A stretch of DNA of 64,000 nucleotides, taken from NCBI RefSeq assembly GCF_011045215.1, contig NZ_CP049201.1, one strand, 5' to 3'. The notes under the pieces are model-generated. The model made no database searches. It was given only the letters and a program-made list of their open reading frames with translations, and was not told the origin of the DNA. Position numbers and translations under genes: made by a program. Within the stretch, counting starts at the first letter, position 1. Each line of letters starts with the position of its first letter. Of this stretch, positions 30,832-44,548 are shown one piece after another. Source of the DNA: Escherichia coli. Its GTDB lineage: Bacteria; Pseudomonadota; Gammaproteobacteria; Enterobacterales; Enterobacteriaceae.

Positions 30832-32214
30832 TTATCCCACCAGCATCCAGGTCGCCGGAACTGAGGCAATTAACAGCATGCCAATCAGCACCATTTCCTG
30901 ACGGTTCAGTACATTATCATGTGTATGCGTTTTGCGCGCATACAGGAAAACCAGCAGCCCCGGTGCATACAGAACAACGGATAACAGCAAGTGCATTGGA
31001 CCAGAGGCGTACAATAACCATAAGCCATAAATGCAGGCACCGACACCTACCGCTTTATGCAGTGGACGGGTTGCGATTTTCAGCAAGAACGCGCCGACCA
31101 GGAAATAGGGCACCAGAATCATTTCTGAGGCGATGGTCAGCAACGTGTTGTAATCGGAACCGGTCAGCCAGATGAGTACCAGACAAATTTGCACGCAGAT
31201 GTTGGTCAACCACAGTGAGGCGGATGGCGCAGCTTGTGCGTTCTGGCGCGCAAAAATGCGTGGGAATGCTTTATGGGTGGCAGCCAGGAACGGAACTTCT
31301 GCCGCCATGATGGTCCAGCTTAAGTACGCGCCGCAAACGGAAACGATCAAACCGGCAGCGATGATGATTTCGCCCCATGGTCCCATCATTTCCACCATCA
31401 GACCGGCCATTGACGGGTTACGAATTTCAGCCAGTTCAGGACGTGCCACCACACCCAGCGAAAGCAGCGTTACCAGCAAGTAAACGCCCAGAGCGGAGAG
31501 AACCGCCAGCAGTGTCGCTTTGCCAACATCACGTTTATTGCGCGCACGCGCAGAAACAACCACGGCACCTTCCACACCAATGAAAACCCACAGGGTGATC
31601 AGCATGGTGTTTTTCACCTGTTCCCAAACAGGTACGCCAAGTGCAAGTCCGGTGAAGTCGAGCTTGAAGGTATCCAGTTTGAACATCATCATCGCCAGCA
31701 CAACAAACAGACCCAGCGGCAACAATTTTGCCAGTGTCGCCACCAGGTTAATGCTGGCAGCGGTTTGCACCCCGCGCAGGATCAAAAAGTGAACAATCCA
31801 CAATAAAGCCGATGCACCGACTATCGATTGCCAGGTATTACCATCGCCAAACAGGCGCAATTCCGGCGTGTCCGTAAAAAAGCTTAACGCGGAAAAAACG
31901 ATCACCAGATAGGAGACGTTGGCGATGACTGCGCACAGCCAGTATCCCCATGCGGAACAAAAGCCGATTAGCTCGCCAAACCCTTCGCGGGCATAGGTAA
32001 AGATACCGCCGTCAAGTTCGGGACGAATGCGCGTGAGGATCAGCATGGCAAAGGCCAGCAATAAAATGCCAGCGCCAGTAATACCCCAGCCGATGAGCAG
32101 TGCTGCCGGGCTGGCAACTGCCGCCATATTTTGCGGCAGACTGAAAACACCCGCGCCCAGCATTGAGCTTAATACCAGCGCGGTGAGTGCGCTCAGTCCC
32201 AGTTTCTTTTCCAT
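30832..32214 (-). CDS. ydgI: APC-family putative arginine:ornithine antiporter (YdgI/ArcD)
   Basis: 460-aa polytopic ORF MEKKLGLSALTALVLSSMLGAGVFSLPQNMAAVASPAALLIGW... Confidence 0.9.
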   Translation of the reverse strand: MEKKLGLSALTALVLSSMLGAGVFSLPQNMAAVASPAALLIGWGITGAGILLLAFAMLILTRIRPELDGGIFTYAREGFGELIGFCSAWGYWLCAVIANVSYLVIVFSALSFFTDTPELRLFGDGNTWQSIVGASALLWIVHFLILRGVQTAASINLVATLAKLLPLGLFVVLAMMMFKLDTFKLDFTGLALGVPVWEQVKNTMLITLWVFIGVEGAVVVSARARNKRDVGKATLLAVLSALGVYLLVTLLSLGVVARPELAEIRNPSMAGLMVEMMGPWGEIIIAAGLIVSVCGAYLSWTIMAAEVPFLAATHKAFPRIFARQNAQAAPSASLWLTNICVQICLVLIWLTGSDYNTLLTIASEMILVPYFLVGAFLLKIATRPLHKAVGVGACIYGLWLLYASGPMHLLLSVVLYAPGLLVFLYARKTHTHDNVLNRQEMVLIGMLLIASVPATWMLVG

Positions 32215-32350
32215 CGATATCCAGTGATTAAAACGTGATAAGAAGAATAAATATTAGGGCAAAACGCATAAAAATGGAGTTTGCCACTGAAGCGCGGGAT
32301 TTTACGAAGAGATGTGTCTGCATGCAATGGTCGCAGGGAAATTTGTGACT

Positions 32351-32383
32351 AAAAATGCGAAAGGCGGCATCAAGCCGCCTTAT
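32351..32383 (-). terminator. Putative intrinsic terminator downstream of ydgH
   Basis: Minus strand: aaggcggcttgatgccgcctt hairpin followed by tcgcattttt. Confidence 0.5.
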
Positions 32384-32399
32384 AGGAGTAACTGAATAG

Positions 32400-33344
32400 T
32401 TATTTATACAGATCTGCGCTGACGGTCAGGTTATTACCACGTTCCTGCCACTGGCGGGTGATGTGGTAATACTTAGCACCTTTCTTCGCGGCACGTTTCG
32501 CAACCTGATAGGAGACTTCGGTCATGTTGCCGTAGTTGCCAGAGAATTTGATGCTGTCGAACGGGACCATCATCGCTGCTGTCGCTTTGTTCAGTTCTTC
32601 GACTTTAGTGCCGTCCGGGAGCGTGACGGTGTAACGCCCGCCTTTTGATGACTGGGTTTCAAAGAAGCGACCGACTTCAGAACTTGGTGATGCGGTAGTC
32701 GCAACACCCGGGATCTCAACTTTCTTCGCGGCTTCGCCACCGGCAGCCAGAGCTGCACGTCCTGCTTCGGAATCTGCCGGGATCACATCCGGGCTCTGGA
32801 CGATACGTTTCTTAGCATCTTTTTTATAGATGAATGCAGTAATACGCTGGTTGCCGCCCTGGTTGGCATCGATTTGACGAACAATGTAGAAAGAGTAGGC
32901 ACCTTTCGCTTTTGCCGCTTTGGTGATGGCATCATTGACTTCTGGCTGGCTACGATAGAAGCCCTGGACGGTGACCGTGTCAAACGGTTCAATCAGAACA
33001 GCCTGATCTTTCGGCAGTTCGACAACACCGTTAATTACGCGATTACTTGTTTCTTCTGCTTTTTCAGCATCGGCTTTATAGAGGTCAGCGACCACACGCC
33101 AGTTACCGCTGTTACCAAAATCAGAAGTGTCGACAACATAAAAAGAGGCGGCACCTTCTTTATCTGCGCGACGAGAAACGGCTTTCACCGCTTCGCCAAT
33201 AGCATTAAAACGACCGGTAACCACTACACGGTCAAAAGGTTTAACCGCTGCCGCTTGCTCCGGTGTCAGTTCTGTTGCTGCGTTAACGGAGAATGCCGTA
33301 GCAGAAAGCAGTGCCGACGCCAGGAGGGTGTTCTTAAGCTTCAT
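32400..33344 (-). CDS. ydgH: YdgH, periplasmic DUF1471-repeat protein
   Basis: 314-aa ORF with signal peptide MKLKNTLLASALLSATAFSVNA and three internal repeats of a YdgH/BhsA/McbA-like module. Confidence 0.85.
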   Translation of the reverse strand: MKLKNTLLASALLSATAFSVNAATELTPEQAAAVKPFDRVVVTGRFNAIGEAVKAVSRRADKEGAASFYVVDTSDFGNSGNWRVVADLYKADAEKAEETSNRVINGVVELPKDQAVLIEPFDTVTVQGFYRSQPEVNDAITKAAKAKGAYSFYIVRQIDANQGGNQRITAFIYKKDAKKRIVQSPDVIPADSEAGRAALAAGGEAAKKVEIPGVATTASPSSEVGRFFETQSSKGGRYTVTLPDGTKVEELNKATAAMMVPFDSIKFSGNYGNMTEVSYQVAKRAAKKGAKYYHITRQWQERGNNLTVSADLYK

Positions 33345-33804
33345 AAAAATAATCCTTCGCCTTGCGCAAACCAGGTACTGGTATTGTTATTAACGAGAAA
33401 CGTGGCTGATTATTGCATTTAAACGGTGTAACTGTCTGCGTCATTTTTCATATCAGATTCCTTAAGCCAATTTTAATCCTGCCCAAATGACCGTCTATGC
33501 TTAAAAAACAGCCGTATCAGCATCAATACTACTGAAGCAACTGAATTGTATAAGTTAATTTAATGTTAAGTAGTGATTCGTGCCGGGGCGATGTCTCGTT
33601 TTACCTGACCGTCGAAGACAATTATCAGTCTTTATCCAGCGTTCTAAGGTGTTTATCCCACTATCACGGCTGAATCGTTAATATTTTGCGAGTTCACGCC
33701 GAAATACTGATTTTTGGCGCTAGATCACAGGCATAATTTTCAGTACGTTATAGGGCGTTTGTTACTAATTTATTTTAACGGAGTAACATTTAGCTCGTAC
33801 ATGA

Positions 33805-35400
<1,596 letters not shown>

Positions 35401-35407
35401 GGGGTAA

Positions 35408-36799
<1,392 letters not shown>

Positions 36800-36803
36800 C
36801 CCT

Positions 36804-36837
36804 GACGGCCTCTGCGGAGGCCGTCACTCTTTATTGA
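36804..36837. terminator. Bidirectional intrinsic terminator between convergent pntB and tqsA
   Basis: Perfect 9-bp stem gacggcctc-tgcg-gaggccgtc followed by a T-rich run; the tqsA stop codon lies within the stem. Confidence 0.6.
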
Positions 36838-37858
36838 GATCGCTTAACAGAACGGCGATGCTTTGACCTCCCGCTGTTTGTTCAAGCGCAATTTTGACAA
36901 TAATTGTCAACGGCACGGAAAGCAGCATACCCACCGGTCCTAACAACCATCCCCAAAAAATCAACGACAAAAATACCACCAATGTCGAAAGCCCCAGCCC
37001 ACGTCCCATGATGCGCGGCTCCAGAATATTGCCGAAGACCAGATTAATCAGCAGATATCCCGCCAGCACCAGCAACGCTTCGTAGAAGCCATTAAACACC
37101 AGTACCTGAGCGATAGGGGGGATTGCCGCGAGAACTGAACCAATATTAGGGATGTAATTAAGCGCAAAGGCCAGCAATCCCCAGACAAAAGCGAAGCGAA
37201 CATCGAGTGCGGCGAGCATCGCCCAGGCGACCAGGCCGGTGATGATGCTGATGGCTGTTTTCAGCACCAGATAATGAGACACACTGTCAATCGCGCGTTG
37301 AATCGCCGCCATCCCTTCAACCGGACGCGCCATCATTTGCTGAAATTTTCCGGGCAATTGTGGCACTTCGAGCAGCATAAACAGCACCGTCAGCAGCAAT
37401 AAAAATATTGATGACATGGCATTAGATAACTGCGTCAATAAGTTGGTGAGCAACGTCATCGCCGCGTTCGGATCAATGTAATGCGCCAGTTGGTCAACTG
37501 AGACGTCAATCCCTACGCGTTGCAACAACGGCTCAAGAGCTTGCAGCGGCGTCATAATAGAGTTGCGATATTGTGGTAACGTCCGCGTCAACTCGTTGAG
37601 CGCGGAACCCAGATAAGCTAACAGCAACACCATAGCCATCACGATGATGGTCATCAAAATCGACACCGCCAGTACACGCGGCACTCGCCAGCGGACCATG
37701 TGTTGCACCAGCGGGTTAAGAATAACAGCAATAAATAATGCGAGAATAAACGGCACGATGATCTCGGCGGCAAAACGGATACCGCAGAGAATAATGACCA
37801 GCATTCCCAACATAATGACGATTTTTAGGCCATTGAGCGTGATGATCGGCTTTGCCAT
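36824..37858 (-). CDS. tqsA: TqsA (YdgG), AI-2 exporter family membrane protein
   Basis: 344-aa polytopic [45 protein letters not shown]... Confidence 0.9.
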
Positions 37859-38058
37859 GCTTGTCCCCGTTTTTTCTTCCTTTGCTAATAATGTCTTTTT
37901 CGCTCCGTCATCATAACGAAAATCAAACCGCTCAGGTAAAGAAGTGAAAATATTTTGAGTTAATTCTTAAGCTATGATACAAATCAGGCGTGTTCAACTA
38001 CCGAGGACAATTATCATCCGCGATGACGAGAAGCAACACTGCGGATAATTGTAATATT

Positions 38059-38160
38059 ATGGACAATTTGTTCAGGACGTTATTTTCTACATTTACCCAT
38101 CTTCGTACCTCATCCACTATCTTGCTCGTAGGTGAGCAGCACTGGCGCAACGCGCTTTAG
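38059..38160 (+). CDS. Candidate 33-aa upstream ORF in the long mdtJI leader (possibly the uORF I recall being named mdtU)
   Basis: Hand-translated ORF MDNLFRTLFSTFTHLRTSSTILLVGEQHWRNAL in the 408-bp tqsA-mdtJ intergenic region, on the mdtJ strand; no obvious Shine-Dalgarno. Confidence 0.3.
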   Translation: MDNLFRTLFSTFTHLRTSSTILLVGEQHWRNAL

Positions 38161-38266
38161 TCCTTTCTTCTGCCAAAGCTTGCCCTATACGCGGGGCTTG
38201 ACCACTTTACTTTGGTTTCGCTGAATTAAGCGAAAATTAGAATAATTCTCTTGCAGGAGAAGGACA

Positions 38267-38632
38267 ATGTATATTTATTGGGTTTTATTAGGTCTGGCTA
38301 TTGCTACAGAAATTACCGGTACGCTGTCCATGAAATGGGCGAGCGTCAGTGAGGGAAATGGCGGCTTTATTTTAATGCTGGTGATGATTTCTCTGTCGTA
38401 TATATTTCTCTCTTTCGCCGTTAAAAAAATCGCCTTAGGCGTGGCTTATGCACTGTGGGAAGGTATCGGTATTTTATTTATTACCTTGTTTAGCGTTTTG
38501 TTATTCGACGAAAGTTTATCGCTGATGAAAATTGCCGGGTTAACCACCCTGGTCGCCGGGATAGTGTTGATCAAATCAGGTACCCGTAAAGCGCGTAAAC
38601 CTGAACTGGAGGTGAACCATGGCGCAGTTTGA
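38267..38632 (+). CDS. mdtJ: MdtJ, SMR-family spermidine exporter subunit
   Basis: 121-aa [57 protein letters not shown]... Confidence 0.9.
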
Positions 38633-38948
38633 ATGGGTTCACGCCGCCTGGCTGGCATTGGCAATCGTGCTGGAAATCGTTGCTAACGTCTTTTTGAAAT
38701 TTTCTGACGGCTTTCGTCGCAAAATATTTGGCTTGCTCTCCCTGGCGGCGGTGCTGGCTGCCTTTAGTGCGCTTTCTCAGGCCGTTAAAGGGATCGACTT
38801 GTCTGTCGCTTATGCATTGTGGGGCGGGTTTGGTATTGCCGCCACGTTAGCCGCAGGTTGGATCTTGTTTGGTCAACGGTTAAATCGTAAAGGCTGGATT
38901 GGCCTGGTCTTGCTGTTGGCTGGAATGATCATGGTGAAACTTGCCTGA
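38619..38948 (+). CDS. mdtI: MdtI, SMR-family spermidine exporter subunit
   Basis: 109-aa [38 protein letters not shown]...; 14-nt overlap with mdtJ. Confidence 0.9.
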
Positions 38949-38953
38949 TGAAG

Positions 38954-38982
38954 ACGCTGCCCGCGCTGTCGGGCAGCGTTTG
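38954..38982. terminator. Bidirectional intrinsic terminator between convergent mdtI and ydgD
   Basis: Perfect 10-bp stem acgctgcccg-cgctgt-cgggcagcgt followed by ttgaacattattttt. Confidence 0.6.
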
Positions 38983-38986
38983 AACA

Positions 38987-39808
38987 TTATTTTTGCGACA
39001 GTTGATCCAGCTTGTCGCGAAAACCGGTAACAGAAATGGCCCGGTTATCGGCGCGCCAGCGATCTTTCGCGGCAGGAGCCGAACTTTGCACCCCAATTAA
39101 TTGCCAGCCGTCATCGGTATGCAACATCAGAGGCGAACCGCTGTCACCCGGCAAGGTATCGCACTGATGTGACATCACCGACGTTTGCGCCCAGCCAGTC
39201 ACTTCACAGTTTTGATGACTGTACAACGTATCGAGATGATCTTCAGGGTATCCTGCCTGAGTCACTTTACGACCTGCCGCTTTTAATGCGGCGGTAAGCG
39301 CGGCTTTATCTCCCTCAAATAACGGCAACGGCGTAATGCCAGAAGGGGGATTACGTAGCACAATCAATCCGAAGTCCCACGGCGCGGCTGCGGGAGGTAC
39401 AATCCAACCATCCCCATCTGCTTTTAACCGCTTTCCCAGTGTCGGATCAACGCGGCCTTCTATGTCGTGGATGTCATAGCGCCAAAGACCTTTATTTGAC
39501 ACAAAACGCAGCGCCACTGCTTTATCGGCTTTACCCTTTGGAGGTGTCAATAAACAGTGTCCTGCCGTTAATGCCAGATTGGGTGCAATCAGCGTCGCCG
39601 TACATAAATTGCCGCTGGCCGTTTCCAGTTGCCCAACCGCATCCCACGGTGATTGGGTCGTGTCATTCACTGGCACACGATCATCATGACCAAAAAACAG
39701 GGTGCTGACCTCATCGTTTGCCGATTTGGCAATGTCTGGTTTATCTGCAAACACAAAAGCAGACGTCAAACTAATTGCACCCAACACTACAGCAATGGTT
39801 GTACGCAT
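38987..39808 (-). CDS. ydgD: YdgD, secreted trypsin-like (S1 family) serine peptidase
   Basis: 273-aa ORF with signal peptide; TAGHC histidine motif and GDSGSP serine motif. Confidence 0.85.
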   Translation of the reverse strand: MRTTIAVVLGAISLTSAFVFADKPDIAKSANDEVSTLFFGHDDRVPVNDTTQSPWDAVGQLETASGNLCTATLIAPNLALTAGHCLLTPPKGKADKAVALRFVSNKGLWRYDIHDIEGRVDPTLGKRLKADGDGWIVPPAAAPWDFGLIVLRNPPSGITPLPLFEGDKAALTAALKAAGRKVTQAGYPEDHLDTLYSHQNCEVTGWAQTSVMSHQCDTLPGDSGSPLMLHTDDGWQLIGVQSSAPAAKDRWRADNRAISVTGFRDKLDQLSQK

Positions 39809-40039
39809 ATCACACTCTGGTGGGTAATTATGATTATTAAAAGCAAACCCTCATAAATACTATAGACGGGACGGGATGAAAGTGGGAGTAAAATCAGATA
39901 ACTACAGTCAGGAAAGATAAAAACGGGCGGCAATCAGTGCGCATAAAATAAGGATGATCAGAATGAACTCAAAGCGATAACGGCCCACCATACTACCCTC
40001 CGCTAAAGGCGGTGCTAAACGTTACCCGCTTAGCACCGT

Positions 40040-40066
40040 AATTTTCAGGCGCGAGGGGGCGCGCCA
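40040..40066 (-). terminator. Putative terminator downstream of asr
   Basis: Minus strand: GC-rich hairpin ggcgcgccccctcgcgcc followed by tgaaaatt. Confidence 0.4.
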
Positions 40067-40083
40067 GCATTACTGTTGAAAAC

Positions 40084-40392
40084 TTACGCTGCGGGTTGTG
40101 CAGCAGGTTTTGCCGGTTGCTGATGGCTGTGTTTCTTGGCGTGTTTCTTCGCTGCCTGCGCTTTTTGTTCAGGGGCTTTCTGTTCAGCTTTCGTATTTTT
40201 ATGATGCTTTTTAGCCGCCTGCGCTTTCTGGGCAGGTGCTGCTTTATGCTGTTTTTTATGATGTGTAGTTTTCGCCGGCGCTGCTTTGGTGGTCGTCGCA
40301 GTCGGAGCAGGTGTGGTCGCAGTCTCTGCAGCAAAGGCGGCAGAAGACAGACCCATAGCAGCGGCAACAACCAGAGCTAATACTTTTTTCAT
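40084..40392 (-). CDS. asr: Acid shock protein Asr (Lys/Ala/His-rich, repetitive)
   Basis: ORF 40084-40419; start taken at [21 protein letters not shown]... giving 102 aa; low-complexity K/A/H repeats. Confidence 0.9.
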   Translation of the reverse strand: MKKVLALVVAAAMGLSSAAFAAETATTPAPTATTTKAAPAKTTHHKKQHKAAPAQKAQAAKKHHKNTKAEQKAPEQKAQAAKKHAKKHSHQQPAKPAAQPAA

Positions 40393-40773
40393 TGTCATAC
40401 CCTCAATTTGTTTTTTCATTTAACCCCACTGCGGGGCCGTTGAAATAACTATATCCCTGGGAATGGCAGACTTCCGTGAGTGGTTGGTTTCAGCGTGTAA
40501 CGATATGTACAAACGCTGAATAAATTACAGCGTTGATAATAACGTATTGTGACTTAAGGGAAATTTAGCTACCAATAATAGTAGTCTTGATCGGGTTAAC
40601 TATTTTACTACTTACAAAGCGGTAGAATAACTGCGCATCAGTAATAAATGACACACAGCAAAATGAATCCGTTTATTTGGGTACTTATAATCCTGATGAC
40701 GCTAGACGCGCTGCGGGAATTGGCTGGCGCTTCGTCTATTTTAGGATGGCTATTAACGTTGGTTTGAGCAGGC

Positions 40774-40816
40774 AATAAGTCCGGACGGGTATTTACCGCA
40801 GTCCGGACTTATTTTT
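40774..40816 (-). terminator. Hairpin immediately after the ynfM stop codon (candidate terminator)
   Basis: Perfect 13-bp inverted repeat aataagtccggac / gtccggacttatt with a 14-nt loop, abutting the ynfM TGA. Confidence 0.45.
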
Positions 40817-42069
40817 CAGGCGTGCAGACGACGATGCAAACGCGTCCCGACCAGCAGAGCAATGACCAGCATCAGAGCAATAAATGCGCCGACGCCGTTC
40901 CAGCCATAGTTATGCCAGAAAACACCACCCAGCGTCCCGGCAATACTCGACCCCAGATAGTAACTGAACAGATACAGCGAGGAGGCCTGGCCTTTAGCGC
41001 GTTTTGCGCGGGGGCCGATCCAGCTGCTGGCTACTGAGTGGGCTGCGAAGAATCCGGCTGAGAAGAGTAACATTCCGGCAAAGATCAGCCACAGCGAGCT
41101 GAATAAGGTCATCAGTAAACCAAACAGCATAACCCCCGTCGAAAACAACATCACTGGACCACGCCCATAGCGGGTGGTCATGGTTCCGGCTTTGGGTGAG
41201 CTCCATGTACCGGTCAAATAAGCCAGCGATAATAAGCCAACCACGGCCTGACTGACATGCCAGGGGGAGAGCATCAACCGATAGCCGATGTAATTAAACA
41301 GCGTGACGAACGACCCCATCAGCAAAAAGCCTTCTGCGAACAATAACGGTAATCCCCGGTCACGCCAGTGCAGACGAAAGTTGATAAACAACGACTTAGG
41401 TCGCAGCGAAGTCGGGCGAAAATGGCGTGATTCCGGGAGGATTTTCCAGAACATCAACGCCGAGGCTAGCGCGAAACAACCGATTGCCGCCAGCGCAATT
41501 CGCCAGTTGAAAAAGTCCGTGAAGACACCGCTAATTAAGCGTCCGCTCATGCCGCCAATTGAGTTGCCGCTGATATACAACCCCATCGAAAAGGCCACGA
41601 AACTGGGGTGGATTTCCTCGCTAAGATAAGTCATGCCAACAGCTGCCACGCCACTTAACGAAAGCCCAATCAAGGCGCGCATAATCAAAATGCCGTGCCA
41701 GCTGGTCATCATTGTCGAAAGTAACGTACAAATGGAGGCCAACAGTAGCGCCGTGACCATCACTGGTTTGCGACCAATGGCATCGGATAGCGGACCAGTA
41801 AACAGCAAACCGATAGCCAACATCGCCGTGGAAATGGACAGTGAAATACTACTGTTCGCGGGCGTTAAGCCAAACTCCTGCGAAAGCACCGGAAGGATAG
41901 GCTGCACACAATAGAGAAGTGCAAATGTTGCCAGTCCGGCAGAGAACAGCGCCAGGGTGACGCGCATAAATTGCGGCGTACCGCGTTTAATAAATTGATT
42001 TGGCTGAGAAATGCTTTGCTTGTCAGTGTCGCTTGCCGGAGCGCCATCAACAGTTGTAGTACGGCTCAC
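40816..42069 (-). CDS. ynfM: YnfM, MFS transporter
   Basis: 417-aa polytopic ORF MSRTTTVDGAPASDTDKQSISQPNQFIKRGTPQFMRVTLALFSAG... Confidence 0.9.
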   Translation of the reverse strand: MSRTTTVDGAPASDTDKQSISQPNQFIKRGTPQFMRVTLALFSAGLATFALLYCVQPILPVLSQEFGLTPANSSISLSISTAMLAIGLLFTGPLSDAIGRKPVMVTALLLASICTLLSTMMTSWHGILIMRALIGLSLSGVAAVGMTYLSEEIHPSFVAFSMGLYISGNSIGGMSGRLISGVFTDFFNWRIALAAIGCFALASALMFWKILPESRHFRPTSLRPKSLFINFRLHWRDRGLPLLFAEGFLLMGSFVTLFNYIGYRLMLSPWHVSQAVVGLLSLAYLTGTWSSPKAGTMTTRYGRGPVMLFSTGVMLFGLLMTLFSSLWLIFAGMLLFSAGFFAAHSVASSWIGPRAKRAKGQASSLYLFSYYLGSSIAGTLGGVFWHNYGWNGVGAFIALMLVIALLVGTRLHRRLHA

Positions 42070-42175
42070 TTGAAATCCTTGCTAAATATGCCTGTGGATC
42101 AGGCTTATACATAGGGTAGGAAAATCGAATTGTTCTGTCTAATATATTAATAATCTCAAATAAGATGTTTTAAAT

Positions 42176-43069
42176 ATGAATATTGAACTTCGTCATCTGC
42201 GTTACTTTGTTGCTGTTGCGGAAGAGCTGCATTTCGGGCGCGCCGCTGCCCGCCTGAATATTTCGCAACCGCCGCTAAGTCAGCAGATTCAGGCGCTGGA
42301 GCAACAAATTGGTGCCCGACTGCTGGCACGAACCAATCGCAGTGTATTGCTGACGGCAGCAGGAAAACAGTTTCTTGCAGATAGTCGGCAAATCCTGTCT
42401 ATGGTGGATGACGCTGCCGCTCGCGCTGAAAGGCTGCATCAGGGTGAAGCGGGGGAGTTGCGTATTGGTTTTACTTCGTCCGCTCCTTTTATTCGGGCGG
42501 TGTCTGATACGTTATCGCTGTTTCGCCGTGATTATCCTGATGTCCATTTACAAACCCGCGAAATGAACACTCGCGAGCAAATCGCTCCGCTCATTGAAGG
42601 AACGCTGGATATGGGATTGCTGCGTAACACAGCGTTACCGGAGACGCTTGAACACGCAGTCATCGTCCATGAACCGCTTATGGCGATGATCCCGCACGAT
42701 CATCCCCTGGCAAATAATTCGAGTGTAACACTGGCTGAACTGGCTAAAGAACCCTTTGTCTTTTTTGATCCGCACGTCGGGACAGGGCTGTATGACGATA
42801 TTCTCGGGCTGATGCGACGTTACCATTTGACGCCCGTCATCACTCAGGAGGTGGGCGAGGCAATGACCATCATCGGTCTGGTTTCCGCCGGTCTGGGTGT
42901 TTCAATTTTGCCTGCGTCATTTAAACGTGTTCAGCTCAACGAAATGCGCTGGGTGCCGATTGCTGAAGAGGATGCGGTTTCTGAAATGTGGTTGGTCTGG
43001 CCGAAGCATCATGAACAAAGTCCAGCTGCGCGTAACTTTCGTATTCATCTGCTGAATGCTCTCAGGTGA
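42176..43069 (+). CDS. ynfL: YnfL, LysR-type transcriptional regulator
   Basis: 297-aa ORF MNIELRHLRYFVAVAEELHFGRAAARLNISQPPLSQQIQALEQQIG... with LysR HTH; divergent from ynfM. Confidence 0.85.
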   Translation: MNIELRHLRYFVAVAEELHFGRAAARLNISQPPLSQQIQALEQQIGARLLARTNRSVLLTAAGKQFLADSRQILSMVDDAAARAERLHQGEAGELRIGFTSSAPFIRAVSDTLSLFRRDYPDVHLQTREMNTREQIAPLIEGTLDMGLLRNTALPETLEHAVIVHEPLMAMIPHDHPLANNSSVTLAELAKEPFVFFDPHVGTGLYDDILGLMRRYHLTPVITQEVGEAMTIIGLVSAGLGVSILPASFKRVQLNEMRWVPIAEEDAVSEMWLVWPKHHEQSPAARNFRIHLLNALR

Positions 43070-43203
43070 GGGAAATTTCAGCGAAAAAGCCCGAAAAATG
43101 TGCTGTTAATCACATGCCTAAGTAAAAATTTGACGACACGTATTGAAGTGCTTCACCATAGCCTACAGATTATTTCGGAGCGCGAAAATATAGGGAGTAT
43201 GCG

Positions 43204-44424
43204 GTGGTTGCTGAAAACCAGCCTGGGCACATTGATCAAATAAAGCAGACCAACGCGGGCGCGGTTTATCGCCTGATTGATCAGCTTGGTCCAGTCTCGC
43301 GTATCGATCTTTCCCGTCTGGCGCAGCTGGCTCCTGCCAGTATCACTAAAATTGTCCGTGAGATGCTCGAAGCACACCTGGTGCAAGAGCTGGAAATCAA
43401 AGAAGCGGGGAACCGTGGCCGTCCGGCGGTGGGGCTGGTGGTTGAAACTGAAGCCTGGCACTATCTTTCTCTGCGCATTAGTCGCGGGGAGATTTTCCTT
43501 GCTCTGCGCGATCTGAGCAGCAAACTGGTGGTGGAAGAGTCGCAGGAACTGGCGTTAAAAGATGACTCGCCATTGCTGGATCGTATCATTTCCCATATCG
43601 ATCAGTTTTTTATCCGCCACCAGAAAAAACTTGAGCGTCTAACTTCGATTGCCATAACCCTGCCGGGAATTATTGATACGGAAAATGGCATTGTACATCG
43701 CATGCCGTTCTACGAGGATGTAAAAGAGATGCCGCTCGGCGAGGCTCTGGAGCAGCATACCGGCGTTCCGGTTTATATACAGCATGATATCAGCGCATGG
43801 ACGATGGCAGAGGCCTTGTTTGGTGCCTCACGCGGGGCGCGCGATGTGATTCAGGTGGTTATCGATCACAACGTGGGGGCGGGCGTCATTACCGATGGTC
43901 ATCTGCTACACGCAGGCAGCAGTAGCCTCGTGGAAATAGGTCACACACAGGTAGACCCATATGGTAAACGCTGTTATTGCGGGAACCACGGCTGCCTCGA
44001 AACCATCGCCAGTGTGGACAGTATTCTTGAGCTGGCACAGCTGCGTCTCAATCAATCCATGAGCTCGATGTTACATGGGCAACCGTTAACCGTGGACTCA
44101 TTGTGTCAGGCGGCATTGCGCGGCGATCTGCTGGCAAAAGACATCATTACCGGGGTGGGCGCGCATGTAGGGCGCATTCTTGCCATCATGGTGAATTTAT
44201 TTAACCCACAAAAAATACTGATTGGCTCACCGTTAAGTAAAGCGGCAGATATCCTCTTCCCGGTCATCTCAGACAGCATCCGTCAGCAGGCCCTTCCTGC
44301 GTATAGTCAGCACATTAGCGTTGAGAGTACTCAGTTTTCTAACCAGGGCACGATGGCAGGGGCTGCGCTGGTAAAAGACGCGATGTATAACGGTTCTTTG
44401 TTGATTCGTCTGTTGCAGGGTTAA
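43204..44424 (+). CDS. mlc: Mlc (DgsA), ROK-family global repressor of PTS genes
   Basis: 406-aa ORF with GTG start, MVAENQPGHIDQIKQTNAGAVYRLIDQLGPVSRIDLSRLAQLAPASITKIVREMLEAH... Confidence 0.95.
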   Translation: MVAENQPGHIDQIKQTNAGAVYRLIDQLGPVSRIDLSRLAQLAPASITKIVREMLEAHLVQELEIKEAGNRGRPAVGLVVETEAWHYLSLRISRGEIFLALRDLSSKLVVEESQELALKDDSPLLDRIISHIDQFFIRHQKKLERLTSIAITLPGIIDTENGIVHRMPFYEDVKEMPLGEALEQHTGVPVYIQHDISAWTMAEALFGASRGARDVIQVVIDHNVGAGVITDGHLLHAGSSSLVEIGHTQVDPYGKRCYCGNHGCLETIASVDSILELAQLRLNQSMSSMLHGQPLTVDSLCQAALRGDLLAKDIITGVGAHVGRILAIMVNLFNPQKILIGSPLSKAADILFPVISDSIRQQALPAYSQHISVESTQFSNQGTMAGAALVKDAMYNGSLLIRLLQG

Positions 44425-44548
44425 CATTTTTTAACTGTTCTACCAAAATTTGCGCTATCTCAATTTGGGCCAGGAAAGCATAACTTAGACTTTCAAGGTT
44501 AATTATTTTCCTGGTTTATATTTGTGAAGCATAACGGTGGAGTTAGTG

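Noticed and set aside
33400-33445. 10-codon minus-strand ORF with an AAGGAA RBS in the ydgH-pntA intergenic region
   Set aside because: Too short to assess and wrong orientation for a pntA leader peptide; cannot be supported from sequence alone.
39993-40370. 125-aa Arg/Lys-rich minus-strand ORF, and antisense ORF 40096-40380
   Set aside because: Alternative-frame and antisense readings of the repetitive Lys/Ala/His-coding asr gene; an artefact of codon repetition.
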